Assembly (NCBI GenBank): GCA_039794085.1
Contig: JBDIWC010000015.1
Coordinates: 14,513-78,512, forward strand
DNA length: 64,000 bases
Direction: 5' to 3'
Source of the DNA: Gemmatimonadales bacterium
Lineage (GTDB): Bacteria > Gemmatimonadota > Gemmatimonadetes > Gemmatimonadales > GWC2-71-9
A program made the position numbers and the translations under genes. Shown here piece after piece: positions 1 to 8,664 of the stretch; position 1 is the stretch's first letter; each line of letters starts with the position of its first letter. The notes beneath the pieces were generated by a model. The model saw only the letters and a program-made list of their open reading frames with translations. It ran no database searches and was not told the origin of the DNA.

Positions 1-306
1 TTTTACCTCGCCGAGCCGTATCACCAGGACTATGCCGCGCGCCACCCGGATGACCCCTACATCGTGATCAACGATATCCCGAAACTGAAGCGATTGCGGA
101 GGCTCTTCCCGGGGTTGTACCGCGACGAGGCCAGAAGTCGCCGGCGGCCCTCCCCGAGCCGCCTGGCGACCGCACGAAAGTGCGTGTTTTCGAGGCGGGC
201 TCCTACTCTCCCACACCCGATTCCGGACCCACCGGCTGAACGCGGCGGCGGCGGGCAACCACCACGAACGCCACCACCAGGGGGCCGAGGAGCAAGGCAA
301 AGGTAG
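1..306 (+). CDS. msrA: Peptide methionine sulfoxide reductase A, C-terminal part (5'-truncated by window edge)
   Basis: Frame 1 reads [41 protein letters not shown], matching the MsrA C-terminal FYxAExYHQxY motif. A low-complexity tail then runs to TAG at 304-306. Confidence 0.85.
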   Translation, partial: FYLAEPYHQDYAARHPDDPYIVINDIPKLKRLRRLFPGLYRDEARSRRRPSPSRLATARKCVFSRRAPTLPHPIPDPPAERGGGGQPPRTPPPGGRGARQR

Positions 307-1168
307 ACGGCTCGGGCACCGCCGACACGCTCCCCTCGCTGAATCCCAGGCTGCCGAAGTCGTCGCCGCCCTCGACCTTGGCACAGTCGTTCGCGATCAC
401 GTTGTTGTCCATCGTCACCGCTCCATTCAGGGCGATGGATCTCCCACAGAGAATTTTCGCGCTGGTGTTCAGTGTGACGCTCTGGTCCGCGAGGATGTTC
501 CCGAGGAATGACGTGCTGGTCCCCAGGGTGGCAGAGCTCCCGATCTGCCAGAACACTCCACCCCCTGGCGCTCCGTTGCTCACCGCCACGGACGATCCAC
601 TGGCGGTCGTGAGGGCGCTCTGAACCAGAAACACGAAGAGGGAGTTCGAGTTGCCCAGGAAGTCGAGGGTGAGGGCTCCCGTCAACTGCGCCGAGGAGTT
701 GAAACTGTAGACGCCCGGCGTCAGGGTCCGGTTCCCCAGGTCCAGGCCGGACAGGTCCGTGGCGGTGGACCGCAATGCGGCAAGGAAATTGAATGCCGTG
801 AGGGCGCACACCTGGCCTTGTTGTGCGACGGCATCGGTCAGATGCTGGGCTCCGGTGAGGGTCAGGCCCCCGGTGTTCGTGAACGAGGTTCCCGGCGAGA
901 GCCCCAAGTCTCCCGTGATGGTGGTCGGCCCGGTATTGGTGACCGTCGAGGCCCCCAGGACGGCGAATGGCTGAGCACAGCCGAGAAGCCCCCCCCCGGA
1001 GGGCGTCTGGGCCAGACTCAAGGACGGGCCCCCGACCAGCACCGCGAGCGCGCCCACGGCGGAAGCGCCAATGGAGCGAACGCTGCGAGCCCCCATCATC
1101 CGGCGGGGTCTCGACGGCCTTACCGCACTCCCCACGGGAGATCGTGCGTACATTGTGGACCTGGACAT
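203..1168 (-). CDS. Ice-binding-like (DUF3494) protein with PEP-CTERM sorting signal
   Basis: DUF3494-type motifs [34 protein letters not shown] and [20 protein letters not shown]-terminal signal-like stretch. C-terminal [12 protein letters not shown] + TM helix + RRRR. Start may be 1153 or 1099. Confidence 0.88.
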   Translation of the reverse strand: MSRSTMYARSPVGSAVRPSRPRRMMGARSVRSIGASAVGALAVLVGGPSLSLAQTPSGGGLLGCAQPFAVLGASTVTNTGPTTITGDLGLSPGTSFTNTGGLTLTGAQHLTDAVAQQGQVCALTAFNFLAALRSTATDLSGLDLGNRTLTPGVYSFNSSAQLTGALTLDFLGNSNSLFVFLVQSALTTASGSSVAVSNGAPGGGVFWQIGSSATLGTSTSFLGNILADQSVTLNTSAKILCGRSIALNGAVTMDNNVIANDCAKVEGGDDFGSLGFSEGSVSAVPEPSTFALLLGPLVVAFVVVARRRRVQPVGPESGVGE

Positions 1169-1504
1169 CGGCCTGTCCTCCTTGAAGGTGAATGAAACGT
1201 TGTCCGCTTACCGCCTGTTCGCCCCAACCCGACATCGTCCACCCAGTTCTCGGATGGCCGGGAACCAGGTGCTGATCTCACACGCATGCGGCGACTCCCA
1301 GGCACTCGCCTTCGCCTCGACGGGGGAGTGCCCCCACGGGGAAAAATCTCGCGCGGTTCGTGGAACGGAGCCATCGATCAAACGGATGTGATGTGATGGA
1401 GGAATGGCCTCCACCGAAAGGATGAAGGGGACCAGCTCGCGGTCCAGGGCGCAGAGACGGTCCCGCGGGTGTTTTGGGGGGAAGGGTGGGGTGGCCTGAC
1501 CGGG

Positions 1505-3007
1505 TCAGGCCATGAGGTAGTCGAGCACGTCCTTCGCCGTGTAGTGAGTACGACCCGCCAGGAACCCACTGATCGATTCCAGGTCGTCTCCGCTGGTGAG
1601 AATGGGTGGCTCCACCACACCGGGGCCCCGGATCTGACCGAGCCCGATGTTGGCGGTGAGGGCGTTGCAGATGCACTGCCGTCCCACCGTGTCCTCCTCC
1701 CTCCCCCCCTTCCGGACATAATCCTCCACCGGTTCCCCGGGGCAGCGATACGCAATCTTCCCCTCCGGGGTCCGGTAGGCCACACGGAGCGCGCCGAGGT
1801 CACACAACCGCTCCCGCATCATCTCCCCGTCCCCACCGATTCCGGGAGCTCCGGGCCACCTCACCACCTTGAAGGGATACCCGGTGGGAGAGGCCCGCGG
1901 ATCAGTTCGCACCGTCACCTCACCCCGTAGCGCGTGCTCCAACACCGATCGTTTCAGCGCCTCGGCGAGCCCCGACTCGTCACAATACGCAAAAAGGGTC
2001 CCCACCTGGATACCGGCCGCCCCGGCCGCCCGGGCCTTGGCCAGGCTCCCCGTCCGTCCCGTGCCGCCCGCCAGCCAGAACGGGAGGCCGAGCTCGGACA
2101 TCTTGGTCAAATCCACCACATCCCGCTCTCCGTAGAGCGGTTCGCCCTGTTCATTGAACCGGGCCTCCCCTCGGGGCGGCGCGTTGTGGCCTCCGGCCGT
2201 GGGACCTTCGATGACAAATCCATCGATGCGGCCCGTCGCCTTGCGCGCCAGCATGGTGGCCAGCGAGTTGCTGGCGATGATGGCCAGGAAATGGGGACGA
2301 GACAGATCCGACGGGGTCCCGCCGGACCAGAGATCCCGTGGATCGAGAGTCAGGTGTTCGACCTGACCCTCGGGCAGGCCCTCCACATCGAACCGGAGCG
2401 AAGCGGGCTCGTGACGCGCGAGGCGATCGAGGGCGGCCGGAATGTCCCGGGGGATGCCGGCCCCCATCAGCACAACATCGACACCCGCGAGCATCGCGCC
2501 GTAGAGGGCCTCCAGCGTGGAGATCTGAATCTTGGTGAGCAGGTTCATTCCCACCTGGCCCCCGTGGCCCTCCTTGGCCAGGTACACCTCCACAAATGTG
2601 GCCAGCACGCTCACCAACTGCCTGGATCTGCTCATCACCTGCTTGTACGCCGGGAGCATCTTGTAGGGCGTCCCGGGCCGCCGCCCTTCGGGATAGAAAT
2701 AGCGCCGGAGAACATCAGCCGCCACGCCCGGGATCGGGAAGGCCACCATCGCTCGTCGCATGTGCCCGCCAGGATCACCATCCTGGAGCCGGCGCACCAT
2801 CAGGAGGTCGAGGGCGGTGCCGGAGACAACGCCGAGATGCCCCTGCTCGGCCACGGCCCGGGCCAGGCGCCAATCGGAGATACCGAATCCCATTCCTCCC
2901 TGGATGATCGGAGGAATAGAGGGACCATGCCGATGCGATCCTGTCACAAGAAACACTCCTGGGATGTCATCTCGGGTTTGCAGCCACCATCCACCGTCCG
3001 ACTCCAA
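1505..3007 (-). CDS. Nitronate monooxygenase (2-nitropropane dioxygenase-like) FMN TIM-barrel protein
   Basis: Motifs PPIIQGGMG, EGPTAGGH, LAGG and GIQVGT. Start is uncertain. Confidence 0.82.
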   Translation of the reverse strand: MESDGGWWLQTRDDIPGVFLVTGSHRHGPSIPPIIQGGMGFGISDWRLARAVAEQGHLGVVSGTALDLLMVRRLQDGDPGGHMRRAMVAFPIPGVAADVLRRYFYPEGRRPGTPYKMLPAYKQVMSRSRQLVSVLATFVEVYLAKEGHGGQVGMNLLTKIQISTLEALYGAMLAGVDVVLMGAGIPRDIPAALDRLARHEPASLRFDVEGLPEGQVEHLTLDPRDLWSGGTPSDLSRPHFLAIIASNSLATMLARKATGRIDGFVIEGPTAGGHNAPPRGEARFNEQGEPLYGERDVVDLTKMSELGLPFWLAGGTGRTGSLAKARAAGAAGIQVGTLFAYCDESGLAEALKRSVLEHALRGEVTVRTDPRASPTGYPFKVVRWPGAPGIGGDGEMMRERLCDLGALRVAYRTPEGKIAYRCPGEPVEDYVRKGGREEDTVGRQCICNALTANIGLGQIRGPGVVEPPILTSGDDLESISGFLAGRTHYTAKDVLDYLMA

Positions 3008-3252
3008 GTTTATGAAGGAAGAGCCGGATTGCGATGAATCGAACCTGAAAGAAAACTCATGAAGGGGCCCGTCTCCCGGGAACTACCCTCCTGGCTCACC
3101 GCTGATGGGTCGTCGCATGAGGAAAAGAATGCGGCGTGACGTACCAGACCCCCGATGTGACCCGGGTCACCGTCCATCTGCGTCAGGTGTTCGAGATTGG
3201 ATGGTCCTGTGAGCCCCCTCGGCCCAGCCGAAACGCCGGAGGTCCGTCAAGC

Positions 3253-3930
3253 ATGCCACTCCATCCAATGCCCGGCGCCTGGAGCATTGCCCGAACCACG
3301 TGGCTGGTCCTCGCCCTGTTCCCCGACGCGGCGCAGGCCCAGATGCTGGGCGCCCGAGCCGTGATCGCAGACATCAATCACTCGCGGATCGGCGGCCTGT
3401 TTGGAGCCGCTCTCGCGGCGGAGATACCGCTCGGTGACAGTCGGATGGCCCTGACCTTCGGACTCGAGCGAACCGCCGATGGATCCGATGGCGTCGGGAT
3501 CGCGTGCGGCGGGTTCATCCTCCCGGGCACCTGTCCCTCGGAACCGGTGCGGAACCACGCCTCGGCCACCACCGGCTCGGTGGGCGTTGCCGGTATCGTC
3601 CTCGACCGGAGAACCTGGGCCGTCCGCCTGCTCCTGGACGCCGGGATCTCCCGGGTCACGACAGAAACCCGGGGTCGCACAACCGGCAACACACTCCCTG
3701 CAGCCAAGACCATGTTCCGTGGCGGGGCTGGTGCCGAAACCTCCTGGCACCCGGGGCGCAGAACACCGGTGGCTCTCGACGCCGGAGTGAGCCTCGGATT
3801 CCAGACCCCGTTTGACAAGGAGATCCTGGTGGATGGGTTCACTCCCCTCAATCGCAGTTCGCGCGTACTCAGGGTGTGGCTTGGAGCAAGTTGGCGCCCT
3901 GGACCGCGCCACCCTCCATCCGGGGAGTGA
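3253..3930 (+). CDS. Hypothetical exported protein, probable outer-membrane beta-barrel
   Basis: Signal-like N-terminus (WLVLALFPDAAQAQ), amphipathic beta-strand pattern, and C-terminal WLGASWR. Start chosen within ORF 3136-3930. Confidence 0.55.
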   Translation: MPLHPMPGAWSIARTTWLVLALFPDAAQAQMLGARAVIADINHSRIGGLFGAALAAEIPLGDSRMALTFGLERTADGSDGVGIACGGFILPGTCPSEPVRNHASATTGSVGVAGIVLDRRTWAVRLLLDAGISRVTTETRGRTTGNTLPAAKTMFRGGAGAETSWHPGRRTPVALDAGVSLGFQTPFDKEILVDGFTPLNRSSRVLRVWLGASWRPGPRHPPSGE

Positions 3931-3952
3931 TCGTTCCCCACTCTCCACCGGG

Positions 3953-4366
3953 TCAGGGCAGGAGTACGAGACTCGGGACGTGCCGGGGACGGATGACGGG
4001 GAAGTGCCGACGATCCGTGGTGAGGACTTGAGGTGCACCGAGCCGCTCAGCCATGGCCACCAGGGATGCGTCGACCATGCCTATCGGAGTGTCGAGGTAG
4101 GTCATCACGAGATCCGCGATGCGGGGGACGTCGTCCTCCTCCAGAGGCTCGATCAGAAATTCCCCGTCCGCCACCGCCCGCGCAAAAGCCGACTCCGCCC
4201 TGGGACCGATCCGGGTGGCCAGGAGCCAGGAGACCTCGGCCAGGATGGTGACCGGGAGCCGAATCGGCTCCCGGTTCCCTTCCCACCACAACCGCACCCG
4301 GTCATGCCATACGTCATCGCGGTCGATCAGGGCGTAGACCGCCCCCGTGTCCGCAAGAATGGTCAC
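3953..4366 (-). CDS. vapC: PIN-domain toxin, VapC family
   Basis: ILADTG, AEV, DASLVAMAER and LTTDRRHF PIN motifs; ATGA overlap with the upstream antitoxin. Confidence 0.9.
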   Translation of the reverse strand: MTILADTGAVYALIDRDDVWHDRVRLWWEGNREPIRLPVTILAEVSWLLATRIGPRAESAFARAVADGEFLIEPLEEDDVPRIADLVMTYLDTPIGMVDASLVAMAERLGAPQVLTTDRRHFPVIRPRHVPSLVLLP

Positions 4367-4599
4367 TGGTGCGGATCGGTCCAGAGCAGAGAGTCGACCC
4401 GTTCCGACGTGTCGGAACAGCCGCTGGCAAACCGTCCGGAAATGCTGGGCACATGGTCAGCCATTGTTTCCTCCTCAGTGAGATACATGGCCAATGCCTC
4501 CCGAACCACCCGGGCAAAGCTCTTGCCGTCCCGCCGGGCCTGTTGCTTGGCCCGGGCAAGGAGCTCCTGGTCGACAAAGATCGTGGTGCGCTCCATCAT
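4363..4599 (-). CDS. vapB: Ribbon-helix-helix antitoxin, VapB/CopG-like
   Basis: MERTTIFVDQELLARAKQQARRDGKSFARVVREAL fits an RHH domain; lies directly upstream of the PIN gene. Confidence 0.85.
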   Translation of the reverse strand: MMERTTIFVDQELLARAKQQARRDGKSFARVVREALAMYLTEEETMADHVPSISGRFASGCSDTSERVDSLLWTDPHQ

Positions 4600-4633
4600 G
4601 CATATATCATACGACATATATATTCCGTGTCAA
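4600..4633 (-). promoter_or_regulatory. Sigma70-type promoter of vapBC, probably leaderless, with repeated CATATAT operator-like motif
   Basis: Minus strand TTGACA (4628-4633), 16 nt, TATGAT (4606-4611), with ATG 6 nt downstream. CATATAT occurs at 4601 and 4615 in an AT-rich island. Confidence 0.7.
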
Positions 4634-4826
4634 GAGGGCCAGGCGGAAGTCACCGGACGACAGAACCAGAATAGCCGCGGGCCATACCTGCACTGGTACC
4701 GGAAACGCGCCTCCGGGGTTTCCAAAACGCGCGACTTCAGGTCCGCCCCGGGCTGCAAGGGATTCCCCGTCTCCCGGGTTGGGTGATCAGGGGGGGGGAA
4801 TGAGGAACGTATCGGCGGGGCGCGGA

Positions 4827-7800
4827 TCAGGGCCGATCCCGTCGGTCGGTGCGCAGGAGGTCACCGAGTTCGCGGAGAATGCGGTCCCGCTCGGGCACCA
4901 GAGCGGAATCGGCGGTGGCCCAGGCGTCCCGGTATCGTTCGGCCCATTGCCGGGCCTCGGCCGTCCGCCCTTCGGCGGCGAGGAGCACGGCGCGCATGGG
5001 CCAGGAGCGGACCACGGTTACCCACCCCGGATCGGGGGCCTGGACGGTGAGCGGCCGGATGCTATCGGCCCGCGCCAGGTGATCCAGGGCTTCCTGACGA
5101 AGCCCGAGTCCCGCGGCGGTTTCCGCCAGAGCAACGCGGGTCACGACGCTTCCCCCCGTATCCGCGCGGGCGGTGAGGTACCGGCGTCGCGCGGTGGCCG
5201 TATCGCCGGCACGCAAAGCGGCAAGCGCATCGAGCCCCCGGATTCGCTCCTCGCCGAGGGCGCGGCGCCAGCGGGCCACGCCGGCGGTGTCCCCGAGCCC
5301 GGCGTAGCCCTGGATCAGGGCCCGCGAGGCCACCTCGGCAAGTTCATCACGTTCGTCGGGGGGGGCCTCGGCGATGCGGCCCTCGACTGTCCTCTCCAAG
5401 TCCTGGAGCGAACCCGGGGTCACCCGGTCGAGGGCGGCGTCAATCGTCACGCCGAGCGTCGCGGCGAACATCGCCGTCACCCGCTCGGCGGCTCCGGTCT
5501 GGCGATCGTCGAGGGAACCGAAGAGACGTTGTTCCAGCAGGCGGGCCTGGTCCACCTGGCCCGTGGCGAGCAATGCGTTGATGAGCCCGCTGAGGAGGAT
5601 CTCGGGCACCGCGACGCGTCTCTGGTTTCCGTTTCTCTGGTCCAGGACCGTGGCGAGTTGGGCGGCCGCCGGAAAGCGCCGGGCCTGGAGGAGCACGATG
5701 AGCCGGAGCACCGCCGGGGGAACCGATCCCGATGCGCCGAGGGCCTCGGCGCGGTCGAGAGACGCGAGGGCTCCATCGTAGTCTCCATCCGACTGGAGGA
5801 GCCGGGCCATCATCAGATGTGCTTCTCCCTCGTCGGGCGCCACGCCAAGCCATTGTTCCATGACGCCGCGAGCCCGGTTCCGAGCCGCGGCCCGGGAGGC
5901 CTCGATCACCGCCGGTGTGTAGCGGGTCGCGACGGAGTCGCGGGGGACGAGGACGAGAGAGTCGTTGAGGAGGAGGACTCGGTACAGACCTGCGGGGACT
6001 CGTCCGAAGGCGGAGCGGATGTCGCCGGGAGGGGGATCCCGGTAGACGGGGATGGCGATGCCGTCATCAAGGAACACATATCCAAGAATATTGGCGATGT
6101 TGGCGTAGAGCCGGTGATCGTTGCCGTTCTGGGAGAGGGCGCGTTCGTAGGCGCGCAGGGCAAGATCGTAGGAGGTGGAGAGTTGTCCGATCCCCCGGGA
6201 ATCGGGACGGAGGGTCAGATCGAACTGGGCGGCATCCGCGAGCCCGGTCCAGGCGTCCCCCAGGGTGGAGTCGAGGGCCACCAGGGCCGAGTACCGTCGC
6301 CGCGCCTCCGGAAAGTCAGCGTGGAGTAGCGCATGCCAGGCCTCGATCAACCGTCGCTCCCGCTCGGGTCGATCCGTGGCGTAGCGCCGGGCCGAGTCGG
6401 CGAAGGCGACGAACTCCCCTCCCCCACCCAGCAGATCGCGGACGAGAAGTGCCTGGCTCAACTCATACCAGGCGAGGGCAAAGCGGGGATCGGCGGCGAG
6501 CGCCGCCGCAAAGTGCGTCCGCGCGGCGGGCATGTCCCACCGGCTCCGGGCGGCCACGCCCTCGATGTAGGCCCGATAGGCGTCGATGGATGTGGTGGGT
6601 GGTTCCACCGACACGAGTTCTCCGGGGCGCGCGCCCGAGAGGTCGAGGATCTGATCCGCGAGCTGTTCGAAGGCCCGGGGGAGCGTGGAGTCATTCGGTG
6701 CCTCCACGCTCGCAGTGCGGAGGAGTTCCCGGGTTCGCACGTCATACAGCCTCACGCTCAATCGCAGTGCATTGCCGAGACGCACGATGGTGCCGAGGGT
6801 GGCGGTCCCCATCGACGCGGCCCGGGCGAGGCGGAGAGCATCCTCCCGGCCCATCGGACGCGACTCGTCCAGATTGTCGCGGCGCGCCAGGTCGAGGAGA
6901 CGCTCCACGTGCACGACCTCGAGATCCTGCCACCGTCCCAGGGACTGGGCCAGCTGTTCGACTCCCCCAATCCGGAGCCAGTCGAGCGCGGGATCGCCGG
7001 TGGCGTTCTCGAAGAATCCCACGAGGATGGAGCGCCGGGGGTCGGTTTCGGGTGGCGGGGACCGCGTCAGGGTGGCGAATATCCCGACCACGAGCACCGC
7101 CGCGCCCAGGGGGCGGAGCATCCGGCGCCACCGCCCGGGGCGGGAGGGCGGCCCCGCGGGGCCCAAGGCCGAGAGTGCCTCACGGAGGGACTCCGCGGAG
7201 GGGTAGCGATCGGCCGGGTCCTTGGCGAGGAGCCGCCGGATGACGGTCTCAACGCTCCGCGGGAAGTCCCCGATGTGGGCAACCAGCGGGACCGGGGCTT
7301 GGGTCAGATGGGCCACGGGAAAGTTGGGCGGCGTTCCGACCCGGAAGGGATACTGCCCCGAGACCAGTTCGTAGAAGATGACGCCGAGGGCGTACAGATC
7401 GCTCTCAGGCCCGAGTTCCCGGGTGCCGGCCGCCTGTTCGGGGCTCATGTAGCGAGGAGTCCCCATCACGACGCCCGCCCCGGTGACGCTGTCGGGATCG
7501 ATCCCGTCTCCCACGGTGACATCGGCCGCGCGGGCGATCCCGAAATCGGTCACCAGGGCCCGGCCCGTTTCCCGCTCGATCAGGATGTTGTGCGGCTTGA
7601 CGTCCCGATGAATGATGCCCCGGCGATGGGCCGCTCCCAGGGCCGAGGCGATGTCGCACACCAACGCCACCGCTTCGTCGACCGTGAATCGGCCTCGGTG
7701 GCGGAGACGATCGGCGAGTGTTTCTCCCTCGACATACCCCATGGTGAAGTAGGCGACACCGTGGATGTCGCCCACGCGGTAGATGGGTACGATGTTGGGA

Positions 7801-8036
7801 TGCTGGAGCTGCGCGGCGGTGGCGGCCTCCCGTTCGAATCGGGCACGGAACCCCGGACGGGCCGCCAGGTCAGGGGCAAGGACCTTGAGAGCAACGAGGC
7901 GCCCCAGGGACCGTTCCCGGGCCAGGTACACCGTGGCCATCCCTCCCTGCCCGAGCCGGGAGAGGATTTCGTATTCTTCCGCGAGCGCCGCCTGGACATC
8001 GGCGGGAATCCCGGAGGGAGCCAGGGGGATGGGCAT
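4827..8036 (-). CDS. Membrane-anchored Hanks-type Ser/Thr protein kinase with C-terminal TPR-like region
   Basis: GQGGMATV, VALK, HRDVKPHN, DFG and YMSPEQ kinase motifs, then a TM helix and helical repeats. Confidence 0.92.
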   Translation of the reverse strand: MPIPLAPSGIPADVQAALAEEYEILSRLGQGGMATVYLARERSLGRLVALKVLAPDLAARPGFRARFEREAATAAQLQHPNIVPIYRVGDIHGVAYFTMGYVEGETLADRLRHRGRFTVDEAVALVCDIASALGAAHRRGIIHRDVKPHNILIERETGRALVTDFGIARAADVTVGDGIDPDSVTGAGVVMGTPRYMSPEQAAGTRELGPESDLYALGVIFYELVSGQYPFRVGTPPNFPVAHLTQAPVPLVAHIGDFPRSVETVIRRLLAKDPADRYPSAESLREALSALGPAGPPSRPGRWRRMLRPLGAAVLVVGIFATLTRSPPPETDPRRSILVGFFENATGDPALDWLRIGGVEQLAQSLGRWQDLEVVHVERLLDLARRDNLDESRPMGREDALRLARAASMGTATLGTIVRLGNALRLSVRLYDVRTRELLRTASVEAPNDSTLPRAFEQLADQILDLSGARPGELVSVEPPTTSIDAYRAYIEGVAARSRWDMPAARTHFAAALAADPRFALAWYELSQALLVRDLLGGGGEFVAFADSARRYATDRPERERRLIEAWHALLHADFPEARRRYSALVALDSTLGDAWTGLADAAQFDLTLRPDSRGIGQLSTSYDLALRAYERALSQNGNDHRLYANIANILGYVFLDDGIAIPVYRDPPPGDIRSAFGRVPAGLYRVLLLNDSLVLVPRDSVATRYTPAVIEASRAAARNRARGVMEQWLGVAPDEGEAHLMMARLLQSDGDYDGALASLDRAEALGASGSVPPAVLRLIVLLQARRFPAAAQLATVLDQRNGNQRRVAVPEILLSGLINALLATGQVDQARLLEQRLFGSLDDRQTGAAERVTAMFAATLGVTIDAALDRVTPGSLQDLERTVEGRIAEAPPDERDELAEVASRALIQGYAGLGDTAGVARWRRALGEERIRGLDALAALRAGDTATARRRYLTARADTGGSVVTRVALAETAAGLGLRQEALDHLARADSIRPLTVQAPDPGWVTVVRSWPMRAVLLAAEGRTAEARQWAERYRDAWATADSALVPERDRILRELGDLLRTDRRDRP

Positions 8037-8075
8037 TCCCCAAAACTACTTGGGATGCAGGACGCGGGACATAGG

Positions 8076-8117
8076 CCCTCACCCCCTGGCCCCCTCTCCC
8101 GCACACGGGAGAGGGGG
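8076..8117. repeat. REP-like hairpin repeat, left flank of DUF559 gene
   Basis: CCCTCACCCCCTGGCCCCCTCTCCC-GCACAC-GGGAGAGGGG; an inverted copy lies at 8625-8664. Confidence 0.8.
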
Positions 8118-8489
8118 AAGGCACTCCCGTGCCTCCAGGACCTCGGCCACAACGGTCTCCAACCGGGAACGCCGGACGTCACTGTTCGCAAGACGGACGA
8201 CGGTGAGCCCCAGCCGCTGGAGCAGAGCATCCCGTTCGAGGTCGTAGGCACGTTGCGCGGGCACCTCGTGAATCGGCCCATCGATTTCGAGCACGAGGTT
8301 CAGGTTCCCACAGTAGAAATCGACGATGAAGCCGCGGATGACCTTCTGTCGCCGGAACTTGACACCATGGATACCCCGGTTCCTCAGCAGCATCCAAGCC
8401 TGTTGCTCAGCCACCGTTGCTCTCCGGCGCAACTCTCGTGCGACGGCTGTCTTCTGCCGGCGTCGACCCTTCCGGCGTCGCGTTCCCAT
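8079..8489 (-). CDS. DUF559 / Vsr-like PD-(D/E)xK endonuclease
   Basis: ARELRRRAT.AE..W..LR, KFRRQ, FIVDFYC, LEIDGPIH, D.ERD..L...G..V.R. Confidence 0.9.
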   Translation of the reverse strand: MGTRRRKGRRRQKTAVARELRRRATVAEQQAWMLLRNRGIHGVKFRRQKVIRGFIVDFYCGNLNLVLEIDGPIHEVPAQRAYDLERDALLQRLGLTVVRLANSDVRRSRLETVVAEVLEARECLPPLPCAGEGARG

Positions 8490-8563
8490 CTCCCATGAAT
8501 AACCCGGAGGCCGGGAAACCGGTCATCAATCGAACGCAGGCCCACCCGAAAAACTCGTGCCGG

Positions 8564-8664
8564 CCACTCTGTGGGAGAGCGGCCAGTGGTGAGGGCTGCG
8601 CTCGCCGGACCTCCAGGTGTCGTTCCCCTCTCCCACTCTGTGGGAGAGGGGTCAGGGGTGAGGG
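8564..8664. repeat. Two tandem REP-like repeats (one degenerate), right flank of DUF559 gene
   Basis: 8625-8664 CCCCTCTCCC-ACTCTGT-GGGAGAGGGGTCAGGGGTGAGGG; 8564-8595 CCACTCTGTGGGAGAGCGGCCAGTGGTGAGGG. Confidence 0.78.

Noticed and set aside
4494..8498. Long plus-strand ORFs (611 aa, 721 aa) and similar ones at 18735-20972, 25454-27601, 29079-31157, 38401-40284, 49249-51189 and 51575-53617
   Set aside because: Antisense shadows of well-supported genes, typical of high-GC codon bias, with no recognisable motifs.
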